Below, piece by piece: positions 56,289 to 63,928 of a stretch of 64,000 nt of DNA. Source of the stretch: a virus; the IMG/VR virus record IMGVR_UViG_3300025436_000002, positions 32,001-96,000 of that record; one strand, given 5' to 3'. A program made the translations under genes and the position numbers. Position 1 is the stretch's first letter. Every line of letters begins with the position of its first letter. The notes under the pieces are model-generated. The model was not told the origin of the DNA. It searched no databases and worked only from the letters and a program-made list of their open reading frames with translations.

Positions 56289-56560
56289 CAGGTAAGTATT
56301 ATAGAATTGAACATTCAGTTTATTTTGGGGATGGGAGTACTGAAACTGTTGACATAGTAGACTCATATTCCATAAGAGATTTCTTAATAGATACATATCT
56401 GAAGAGACCTACATTCGAACCAGACTATTATGAAGACGTTACACTTGAGAGTTTAATATTCATGGTAGAGTCTATAGACAAATTTGAAGGCATGGAAGTG
56501 GATATTAATGTAAGAGAGCATACTATAATAACAGAAGGGGAATTGTTAGATGATAATTAA
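56276..56560 (+). CDS. hypothetical acidic protein
   Basis: ORF track; RBS. Confidence 0.7.
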   Translation: MARVTGKYYRIEHSVYFGDGSTETVDIVDSYSIRDFLIDTYLKRPTFEPDYYEDVTLESLIFMVESIDKFEGMEVDINVREHTIITEGELLDDN

Positions 56561-56711
56561 ACCTGAGATACTTTGGTTCTGTACTTTATTCTATCCTATG
56601 ATAGGAGCTTTAATGATGGTAGTATGTTATATATTTCAACCAGATTCTAAAAAAGAAGACAAGGTTGTAGAGAATGAGGAGTATGTATACCCAAGAGATA
56701 GGATATATTAA
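56550..56711 (+). CDS. 53-aa membrane peptide (below ORF-track cutoff)
   Basis: AAGGGG RBS; MIIKPEILWFCTLFYPMIGALMMVVCYIFQPDSK... Confidence 0.6.
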   Translation: MIIKPEILWFCTLFYPMIGALMMVVCYIFQPDSKKEDKVVENEEYVYPRDRIY

Positions 56712-56773
56712 ATATATACTGCTCTGATTCAAAAAACATTGGGGATAAGAAAGTTGCTAAAGGATATATAATC

Positions 56774-56872
56774 ATGTTAAACATATCACAAGAATTATTA
56801 TTATCCATGTATGGAGTCTTATACTTAATAATATTTGGACTCTACAATTCCCTTAAAAGTTTATTTAAGTAG
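56774..56872 (+). CDS. 32-aa membrane peptide (below ORF-track cutoff)
   Basis: AAAGGA RBS; MLNISQELLLSMYGVLYLIIFGLYNSLKSLFK*. Confidence 0.55.
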   Translation: MLNISQELLLSMYGVLYLIIFGLYNSLKSLFK

Positions 56873-56880
56873 GAGATATT

Positions 56881-57327
56881 TTGGTATTAGAGTGGAACAA
56901 CTACTTTTTAGAGATGGCTAAGACTGCTTCATTGAGATCTAATTGTATTAGGGCTCAAGTAGGGGCTATTATAGTTAACGAGGGTAAGTTCATAGTTGCA
57001 ACAGGATATAACGGAACTCCTTCGGGAGTAACAAGCTGTGTAGATAAGAAGTATTGTTATCGCATAGAGAATAGTATTCCATCGGGAACTAGATATGAGG
57101 ATTGCCAAAGTTTACATGCAGAAATGAATGCTATAATACAAGCGGGAATTCCTAAATGTAAAGGTTCAACCATGTACATATACGGACATAGTTTTGTATG
57201 CGTACTCTGTAAGAGATTTATAGTTCAGTCTGGAATAACTGGAGTCTATTTGAGAAAGGATGAACTATCTGAAATAAGATACATCCCTATTTCAACTATA
57301 AAAAAAGAACTAGAGGATTCCTTATGA
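56881..57327 (+). CDS. dCMP deaminase
   Basis: RSNC, VGA, TGYNG, LHAEMNAI, CVLC. Confidence 0.93.
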   Translation: MVLEWNNYFLEMAKTASLRSNCIRAQVGAIIVNEGKFIVATGYNGTPSGVTSCVDKKYCYRIENSIPSGTRYEDCQSLHAEMNAIIQAGIPKCKGSTMYIYGHSFVCVLCKRFIVQSGITGVYLRKDELSEIRYIPISTIKKELEDSL

Positions 57328-57398
57328 CAGATATTCAGACAATGATTTTAATTCTTTGTACTATGTTCATGTGGATAACTTTTTACCCAGAATATTAG
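57324..57398 (+). CDS. 24-aa membrane peptide (below ORF-track cutoff)
   Basis: GAGGA RBS, ATGA overlap; MTDIQTMILILCTMFMWITFYPEY*. Confidence 0.5.
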   Translation: MTDIQTMILILCTMFMWITFYPEY

Positions 57399-57408
57399 GA
57401 GAATCGCT

Positions 57409-57648
57409 ATGAAAAATATACTAGTCACATTCTGTGAGAATGATTTTATATATTCTGTATATCTACAAGATGGGACAGGTATCCCACTTACAGACTACTG
57501 CCATAGGATACTATCACATATAGCCAGCCAAGGAGTTGAAACTATATTTAATACTCTAACTGAATTACTACAAAGATATCCTGATGCTGAGATAATAGAT
57601 CCAATAGAAGTTTCTAAAATTCTAATGACCGAAGAATTATTAAAATAG
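57409..57648 (+). CDS. C-terminal-tag family protein 1
   Basis: Ends DPIEVSKILMTEELLK*. Confidence 0.8.
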   Translation: MKNILVTFCENDFIYSVYLQDGTGIPLTDYCHRILSHIASQGVETIFNTLTELLQRYPDAEIIDPIEVSKILMTEELLK

Positions 57649-57651
57649 ATT

Positions 57652-57714
57652 GTAAAGTTTCATTTCAATAACCTTACTGAGAGTCTTGACGACTCTCTTT
57701 TTTTATGCTATTCT
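57652..57714 (+). promoter_or_regulatory. terminator/promoter stem-loop cassette
   Basis: GAGAGTC-TTGAC-GACTCTC-T7; TTGACG-N17-TATTCT with TG extension. Confidence 0.8.
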
Positions 57715-57740
57715 ATTCGTGTAAGGTTAGATAAAAGGAA

Positions 57741-58340
57741 ATGTTTATGGAAACTAAACGAGTAAGGCTAACAGGAAGACTTCAAAGACAGGGTAGAATA
57801 AAACATCCAGACTTTAAAAAGTATGGCGTAAGAGAAATCCTAGATAATTTGACTGAAGCATGTAGTAAAGATAAAATAAACTTCGATGGAACTTTAGTAG
57901 GCTTGTCTAAATCCAAGTACAGAGTATTTGAAAAGAGTCATGTATGTGCTAAGTGTGGATTAGAAGCTCAGTACTTTATACTGGAGAAGCATGGTATGTG
58001 GATGGGTAAAGGGAATGTATATAACATATCAAATGAATATAGATTTCATCTTATGGCTGTAAGAGGAGATGGAAGTGAAGTAGAATTCACACAAGATCAC
58101 ATACTTCCTAAAACTTTAGGTGGAATTAATAATCTTATTAATTACCAAACTATGTGTATGGATTGTAATTCTAGGAAGGGTCATAAGGTTGAAGAGAGAG
58201 ATCTTAAAGTAATGAGTAATATCCTAAAGGAACTTGAAATTAAACACATACCTCATGAGGTTAGAACACCTTTTCACATTAAACTAATAAAGATAGTTAA
58301 CAAGGAAAGACGGGAGAGTTTATGTCAGTTTATGAAATAA
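57741..58340 (+). CDS. HNH nuclease domain protein
   Basis: CAKCG...DHILPKTLGG..NLINYQTMCMDCNSRKG. Confidence 0.88.
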   Translation: MFMETKRVRLTGRLQRQGRIKHPDFKKYGVREILDNLTEACSKDKINFDGTLVGLSKSKYRVFEKSHVCAKCGLEAQYFILEKHGMWMGKGNVYNISNEYRFHLMAVRGDGSEVEFTQDHILPKTLGGINNLINYQTMCMDCNSRKGHKVEERDLKVMSNILKELEIKHIPHEVRTPFHIKLIKIVNKERRESLCQFMK

Positions 58341-58600
58341 CAAAGTCAGCTTCTAGGGAAGGAAACGAGATAGTCTTCAGAACTCTTGATAGGCAGAAAG
58401 CTATAGACAAGATTAAAGAATTGGCGGGAGATACTAACCCTGATAAGTGGGAAGGTCAAGTGTGGAACAACGGAAACTCTATGGTAAGAAAATGGATTAA
58501 CAATAAGATAGATGAACCTCTAAACTGGGGCTATGCTTACTCAGCCATGTACGGTGGCAACATCCCTAGCTATTATCTTAAACAACACAAGTTAGATTAA
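58322..58600 (+). CDS. hypothetical protein
   Basis: ORF track; GGGAG RBS. Confidence 0.75.
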   Translation: MSVYEITKSASREGNEIVFRTLDRQKAIDKIKELAGDTNPDKWEGQVWNNGNSMVRKWINNKIDEPLNWGYAYSAMYGGNIPSYYLKQHKLD

Positions 58601-58601
58601 T

Positions 58602-58664
58602 GTAACAAAGTATTAACCTTACATCATTGAGAGCCTTGACGGCTCTCTTTTTTTATGCTATTAT
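58602..58664 (+). promoter_or_regulatory. terminator/promoter stem-loop cassette
   Basis: GTAACAA element; GAGAGCC-TTGAC-GGCTCTC-T7; TTGACG-N17-TATTAT with TG extension. Confidence 0.8.
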
Positions 58665-58699
58665 GTATAAGTGAAGTTATTTAATTAAAGGAGACTGTC

Positions 58700-58975
58700 A
58701 TGTCACAGCAAGCACCTACTGAGAATGTAACTAACCCAAGATACCAAGCTTTCCTAGACTATCATTACGGAAATCATATGTTACATCACTACTCTCAGTT
58801 TATTAACAATATGGTTATTAATTTCCAAAAAGAACACCCTGAGAAAAATATAGGAAAACATGTTGTAGATCACGATGCTTTCACTAGCTATATAATTGAA
58901 AGTGTAGCCAAAGCAAATTCTCTACAGGAGATGGGATATGGGGATCATGCTCAATTTATCTGGGGAGACATGTAA
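58700..58975 (+). CDS. hypothetical protein
   Basis: ORF track; AAGGAG RBS. Confidence 0.78.
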   Translation: MSQQAPTENVTNPRYQAFLDYHYGNHMLHHYSQFINNMVINFQKEHPEKNIGKHVVDHDAFTSYIIESVAKANSLQEMGYGDHAQFIWGDM

Positions 58976-59244
58976 TGAATGAACTATTCGGAGATGATGT
59001 TCAAGGACTCTTCGTAGCTCACAGTCTGGAGGATTCCCTTGACTTCAAATTCTTCATATACGAGGGATTAAACTATCAAACTAGAATTAAATATAGAAAC
59101 TATGATTGGTCGAGAACGAGGATATGGGCAAACTCAACTCCAGAACAAGCATTGGAAACATTTAAGAATGATCCAAAGTATGTAGTATATGAAGATATAG
59201 CTGGATTTAAGAAGTATCTGATGACAAGAGAACTTATTAAGTAG
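58975..59244 (+). CDS. C-terminal-tag family protein 2
   Basis: Ends DIAGFKKYLMTRELIK*. Confidence 0.8.
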   Translation: MNELFGDDVQGLFVAHSLEDSLDFKFFIYEGLNYQTRIKYRNYDWSRTRIWANSTPEQALETFKNDPKYVVYEDIAGFKKYLMTRELIK

Positions 59245-59254
59245 GAGAACTATA

Positions 59255-59959
59255 ATGAATGATAATATCATAGAGTTGTTTAGAGACATCAAAGGTTATG
59301 AAGGAAGATACTTGGTCTCGAATCTAGGTAATGTCAAAAGTCTAAACTATGCACGTACTGGGAGAGAGCAACTACTAAAGTTAAGGTTAGATGGTAAGGG
59401 TTATCCCTTTGTGACGTTACCTACAAAAAATCAACAGAGAGTGCACAGGCTTGTTGCTATCGCATTCATCCCTAATGATGAGGATAAACCTTACATAAAT
59501 CACATAGATGGTAATACATCCAATAACTCTATTGAGAATATTGAATGGTGTACTCCCGAAGAGAACATGAGACATAGATCTGATACTCTAGGATATAAAC
59601 ATTCTCAGGAAACGAGGGATAAGATAGGGTTAAAAGCTAAAGGTAGGACTATACATATAAATACCAAGAGATCTAGGCATAGACCAGTTAGGTGTATTGA
59701 GACAGGCATTGTCTATAGCTCACAAGTTGAAGCGGAATCTAAAACTGGCGTACTCGACAAATATATTTCAAATTGTTGTGCGGGTAGAGTAAAGACAGCA
59801 GGACATTTACATTGGGAGTTTGTTTTAGAATGTAGGGAATTTCAGAGTATTGTAGAATCTAGTTCAGTGTGTCAAGAGAAGATTGATGGGGTATTTAAAG
59901 AGAGTGGTAAAGGTACTGGTATCAGTGTATTAGTAACTAAGTTTGTTAAGGGATTATAA
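59255..59959 (+). CDS. NUMOD4-HNH homing endonuclease
   Basis: FRDIKGYEGRYLVSNLGNVKS; VHRLVAIAFI...INHIDGNTSNN...EWCTPEEN; HSQETRDKI; ISNCC. Confidence 0.93.
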   Translation: MNDNIIELFRDIKGYEGRYLVSNLGNVKSLNYARTGREQLLKLRLDGKGYPFVTLPTKNQQRVHRLVAIAFIPNDEDKPYINHIDGNTSNNSIENIEWCTPEENMRHRSDTLGYKHSQETRDKIGLKAKGRTIHINTKRSRHRPVRCIETGIVYSSQVEAESKTGVLDKYISNCCAGRVKTAGHLHWEFVLECREFQSIVESSSVCQEKIDGVFKESGKGTGISVLVTKFVKGL

Positions 59960-59961
59960 AT

Positions 59962-60282
59962 GTGACAAAGATTACGCTTGAGAATACTAATACACTACGT
60001 ATGAGAACTATTCCAGACGGGTTATCTCTCTTTAATCCTAGGGACGGACAACCTGAAATAGCTTATATGTTCTATGTGCTAGGTAGTAAACTTTGTGTAA
60101 TATCTTCAACTCACTATAATAACTTTAGAGATCCTACCTGTTGGATTGTTAGTTCTAGTAAAGAAAAATTAGAAACCCTAGGGAAGCTTACTGAAGCGTA
60201 TGCAACTTATAGGAACTTTTCTTTTACAACAGATACTAAAGAGATCAAAAGGCATATGATGATGAGGGAATTACTACAATGA
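59962..60282 (+). CDS. C-terminal-tag family protein 3
   Basis: Ends DTKEIKRHMMMRELLQ*. Confidence 0.78.
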   Translation: MTKITLENTNTLRMRTIPDGLSLFNPRDGQPEIAYMFYVLGSKLCVISSTHYNNFRDPTCWIVSSSKEKLETLGKLTEAYATYRNFSFTTDTKEIKRHMMMRELLQ

Positions 60283-60599
60283 GTAAAGTAACTCTAGGGG
60301 AGGTAATGATACTTGAAGGGATGTCTCCGATAGCTATATCTATATTCAGATATGGATATGATCGAATGATAGAGGAAATATCTTACAGGTTCTATATTAT
60401 GCAAGATAAACTTTTCTATATAGCTGATAAAGAAAACAGCCAGTTATTAGAAAAACCTCTGTGGGGAAGAGACACTAGATTTTCGGGAGATCTTTTAGAT
60501 AAGTTAGCTGAGGAATACTCAGGTGTGGGTAACTATTACCTCATAAGAGGGTATAAGGAAGTTAATAAATACATGATGGCAAGGGAGCTATTAAAATGA
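60279..60599 (+). CDS. C-terminal-tag family protein 4
   Basis: Ends GYKEVNKYMMARELLK*. Confidence 0.8.
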   Translation: MSKVTLGEVMILEGMSPIAISIFRYGYDRMIEEISYRFYIMQDKLFYIADKENSQLLEKPLWGRDTRFSGDLLDKLAEEYSGVGNYYLIRGYKEVNKYMMARELLK

Positions 60600-60844
60600 A
60601 TACTAAGTACTTTGCAGAGTATTATGATTTCTATAGGAGATACACTAAGAAGTTCTTTTTAAACAAAGACACTAATACTATTTTGTATGATATGGAAAGA
60701 GGAATGCATTCATCCCTCATAAATCTTTTTTATTTTGGAGGATTCAAGTGTCTATTGGAGGAGTTTGGAGGCAACCCTGATTTCTATATATACGATAATA
60801 AGCTATTCGATAAGTATTTAATGATAGAAGAATTAGAAAAATAA
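60596..60844 (+). CDS. C-terminal-tag family protein 5
   Basis: Ends DNKLFDKYLMIEELEK*. Confidence 0.8.
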   Translation: MNTKYFAEYYDFYRRYTKKFFLNKDTNTILYDMERGMHSSLINLFYFGGFKCLLEEFGGNPDFYIYDNKLFDKYLMIEELEK

Positions 60845-60861
60845 GGGGGGGGGAAAATAAA

Positions 60862-61047
60862 GTGGCTAAACCTATAACTACAACCTCAGAAAAGATTCAA
60901 GCCTATAGACTCAAGTATGGATGTGGAATCATGGATGCAAAGGAAGCAGTACTCTCACAAGAAAGAGAAGATAGGATACTCAGCTTAGAAGCTAGAATAG
61001 AAAAACTCGAGAGATTAGTTAGGAAGTTAGTTAGGGATAGTAAATGA
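60862..61047 (+). CDS. hypothetical protein (no tag)
   Basis: GTG start after a G9 run; YRLKYGCGIMDAKEA plus coiled coil. Confidence 0.7.
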   Translation: MAKPITTTSEKIQAYRLKYGCGIMDAKEAVLSQEREDRILSLEARIEKLERLVRKLVRDSK

Positions 61048-61283
61048 AAAAGATAGCTATATACCAAGAACCTAACGGAATATTCTCAAGAGTATATTGG
61101 ATGACGGATACTCTATCAATTTTAATGGAGTACTCTTCTGTTACGAGCTCACTCCCTATTACAGAGTACTTAGGAGATATTTGTGATCTATTACGCCAAT
61201 ATGTACAGACGAGACAAGATTTTAAAATACTGGATCAAAAACTATTTGATAAATATCTTATGGTGGAAGAGTTACTAAAGTAA
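61044..61283 (+). CDS. C-terminal-tag family protein 6
   Basis: Ends DQKLFDKYLMVEELLK*. Confidence 0.8.
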   Translation: MKKIAIYQEPNGIFSRVYWMTDTLSILMEYSSVTSSLPITEYLGDICDLLRQYVQTRQDFKILDQKLFDKYLMVEELLK

Positions 61284-61341
61284 CAATAATTTAATAATAG
61301 AGAAAGAGAGTATTGACAATGAGTTAATACTCTGCTACTAT
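61280..61341 (+). promoter_or_regulatory. sigma70-type promoter/stem-loop cassette
   Basis: GTAACAATA element; TTGACA-N17-TACTAT; inverted repeat AGAGTATTGAC/GTTAATACTCT. Confidence 0.8.
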
Positions 61342-61375
61342 ATTTAGATACTGTTAACTAAAAGGAGATAAAGCT

Positions 61376-61723
61376 ATGAGTAAACCAGAAGAAATAACTA
61401 AGGCTATCTTTAATCAAATAGGTGGGAGAACTTTAATGCTTATGCTCGGAATTACTGTAGCTAACTGTATGCAAATAGATAATAAAGTACAGGGTAATGG
61501 TTTGATGATAGGTAAGATTAAATCTGCTAAAGTTAATACTATCGACATTATCTTAAACGGAAAAGATTTATATGACGTAACTTTTTATATGAAGAAGATA
61601 ACAAAAGGATATGATGTAAAGATAACTAAAAGAATAGAGTTCAAGGATATATATTGTGACGGATTGATGGACTTGATAGGAGCTCAGACAGGTCTTTACT
61701 TAACATTAAATGCAAGAGGATAA
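61376..61723 (+). CDS. hypothetical phage protein (no tag)
   Basis: AAGGAG RBS; IFNQIGG...MLG, DLYDVTF, DIYCD, TGLYL. Confidence 0.8.
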   Translation: MSKPEEITKAIFNQIGGRTLMLMLGITVANCMQIDNKVQGNGLMIGKIKSAKVNTIDIILNGKDLYDVTFYMKKITKGYDVKITKRIEFKDIYCDGLMDLIGAQTGLYLTLNARG

Positions 61724-61726
61724 CAG

Positions 61727-61987
61727 ATGAGGAGACCTTCAATATTAACTCTAGTAGCTATAGCTAAGTCTGTTAATAATGAATCAAACTTAGCCTACTA
61801 CCGTGATGAACTGGGTGAGATATATTGGAGTTCTATATTTTCAAAGACCTTAGGAATGCAGGACATATGCTTAGATCGTAATTGGTCTATAAAAAAGTTA
61901 GCATGGATGGTAGCCAACCCTAAATACTTCATAACAGACTCTAAGGAACTGGACAAGTATTTAATGACTAGGGAGCTACTGAAATGA
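61727..61987 (+). CDS. C-terminal-tag family protein 7
   Basis: Ends DSKELDKYLMTRELLK*. Confidence 0.8.
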   Translation: MRRPSILTLVAIAKSVNNESNLAYYRDELGEIYWSSIFSKTLGMQDICLDRNWSIKKLAWMVANPKYFITDSKELDKYLMTRELLK

Positions 61988-62337
61988 AGATTTACAAAGC
62001 TTCTGATGATAGTAGTATATTCTATATTAATCTAAATAAACCTAAGAATAGTAAAGACCTACGAGATTTTAAACTTACGTACACGGCTTTAAGTTTTAAG
62101 ACTATTCTAAATATTAACTTCTCCATAAGGGATACTATAGTAGTACTCTATGATACTGAAATACTTTCATTTTTTATTACAAATATTATGAGGAAACGTC
62201 AAAGTATTAACAGTAATCTAATTCTTTCGAGTATTGAATGTTACTATCAACTAAATTTGGAAGACTACGCTAAAAAGCTTCCTATAAAAGATAAAGACTT
62301 TAAGAAAGCTTTAATGATAAAGGAGTTGTTGAGATGA
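61984..62337 (+). CDS. C-terminal-tag family protein 8
   Basis: Ends KDKDFKKALMIKELLR*. Confidence 0.8.
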   Translation: MKIYKASDDSSIFYINLNKPKNSKDLRDFKLTYTALSFKTILNINFSIRDTIVVLYDTEILSFFITNIMRKRQSINSNLILSSIECYYQLNLEDYAKKLPIKDKDFKKALMIKELLR

Positions 62338-62639
62338 ATACATGGGTTCGGACACCAGTTATCCCTTGTGAAATAGTAGCTATCCAACGTCTAGAAGAAC
62401 TTAGTGGACGGTGGTTATGTGCTTATTGGATTAGAAGAATTCCTATAGAAGGTGTAGTCTTTCATGATCCTAAAGCTATCCAAGCACATTCTTATATAAA
62501 CTATGACTGGAACAATATCTGTGAAGATATGAGAAGTTCTTTAGAAGAACTAATTAAGATAAACCCAGTTGCTATCGAATTGATAATAGATAGAAAAGAG
62601 ATCAATAAGATATTAATGATCATGGAGTTACGGAGATGA
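62334..62639 (+). CDS. C-terminal-tag family protein 9
   Basis: Ends DRKEINKILMIMELRR*. Confidence 0.8.
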   Translation: MNTWVRTPVIPCEIVAIQRLEELSGRWLCAYWIRRIPIEGVVFHDPKAIQAHSYINYDWNNICEDMRSSLEELIKINPVAIELIIDRKEINKILMIMELRR

Positions 62640-63004
62640 AACCTATACTAACAACAACAATGAATATAGATTTAAGTAAGCACGGCTCTCCTTGTGAACT
62701 AGTAGCTATTGAAGAACTAGCATACCCCCGCTTCTGTGGAGGGATGGGGGAGATAGAGATTACAACTCTCTACTGGATGAGAAAGATAGCTCCAGAAGGA
62801 ATTATAGATAATGATTTTAATAGAGAGTACTATTCAAAACTGATATGTTACTCTTCATTAGATTATATGTGGAACATAGCTGAAAGACAGTATGAACGCA
62901 AATCACTTAAAGAATTACTAGATTCAACCTCATCCCTTAATAATCTAATAACAGATCCTAAAGAAATTAATAAGATATTAATGACAAAGGAGTTACTAAA
63001 GTAA
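62636..63004 (+). CDS. C-terminal-tag family protein 10
   Basis: Ends DPKEINKILMTKELLK*. Confidence 0.8.
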   Translation: MKPILTTTMNIDLSKHGSPCELVAIEELAYPRFCGGMGEIEITTLYWMRKIAPEGIIDNDFNREYYSKLICYSSLDYMWNIAERQYERKSLKELLDSTSSLNNLITDPKEINKILMTKELLK

Positions 63005-63294
63005 TGGAAGACAATTTAAAATTAGTAGCTATAGTTAAATATAGGCAGGGAGGTGCTCTAGTCTATGCTTTCTATGAGAGGCTGGGTTCTATGTGGGGAA
63101 GTCGTAAGACAGTATTAAAGACTATACCTTATTATGACTTTAAAATACATCGTAGTAGTATAGGAATATTCTACAATGGGTACACTAATATAAAATGTAT
63201 AGTAAGAGACTATGAAGATGATTACAGTAAAGAAGTTATAACAGACGAGAAAGAGATCAATAGGTACTTGATGACTAGGGAGTTATTAAAATGA
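63004..63294 (+). CDS. C-terminal-tag family protein 11
   Basis: Ends DEKEINRYLMTRELLK*. Confidence 0.8.
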   Translation: MEDNLKLVAIVKYRQGGALVYAFYERLGSMWGSRKTVLKTIPYYDFKIHRSSIGIFYNGYTNIKCIVRDYEDDYSKEVITDEKEINRYLMTRELLK

Positions 63295-63668
63295 AATATC
63301 TCGGAATTAAATACGCAACTATCAACATAGAGACTAGCCATCCAGAAATTGAACTGGTAGCTATCGAGGTATTACCTTATAGTCTACTAGCATGGAGCGG
63401 TAGTTTTGGTGATGAGGATGTTAGCCTTCTGTATTGGATGAGACGGGTACTTCCATCTGGAGTTATAATGAACGAGATCAATCTGAAATACTATCGAGAA
63501 GTAATATGCTACTACACTCCATCAGAACATGTATGGGATAGTGGACGATGTCGTGCTGAATGTACTTCACTCCAGATACTCCTAGATTGTATTCCAGAGA
63601 GTCATAAACTTATTACAGATCCTAAAGAAATAAATAAGATACTAATGACACAGGAGTTATTAAAATAA
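63291..63668 (+). CDS. C-terminal-tag family protein 12
   Basis: Ends DPKEINKILMTQELLK*. Confidence 0.8.
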   Translation: MKYLGIKYATINIETSHPEIELVAIEVLPYSLLAWSGSFGDEDVSLLYWMRRVLPSGVIMNEINLKYYREVICYYTPSEHVWDSGRCRAECTSLQILLDCIPESHKLITDPKEINKILMTQELLK

Positions 63669-63928
63669 TGAGAAAATTCATACTCTTAATTATAGATGAT
63701 AACATGACTTTTATCAAACTAACAAAGGAAACAAGTAGGAGAGAAGGAAACTACGGAACATACTATGTTACTACAGACGGGTACGGTACTGGAACAAGAC
63801 TTCCTTCATTCTTTAACCATAAAGACAAAGGAGATATGAGAAGACTACTCTCAGGAAATACTAACAGGAGATTAGCTACCCCCGAGGAGACAGTAAAGTA
63901 TTTAATGCTTGAGGAGTTATTGAAATGA
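63668..63928 (+). CDS. C-terminal-tag family protein 13
   Basis: Ends TPEETVKYLMLEELLK*. Confidence 0.8.
   Translation: MRKFILLIIDDNMTFIKLTKETSRREGNYGTYYVTTDGYGTGTRLPSFFNHKDKGDMRRLLSGNTNRRLATPEETVKYLMLEELLK

Noticed and set aside
57409-63928. CRISPR array, integron attC sites or diversity-generating retroelement as the explanation for the repeated 3' ends
   Set aside because: Repeats are in-frame coding sequence with synonymous variation, not palindromic, and are separated by whole genes; no cas, integrase or reverse transcriptase gene and no adenine-specific template/variable repeat pair is visible in the window
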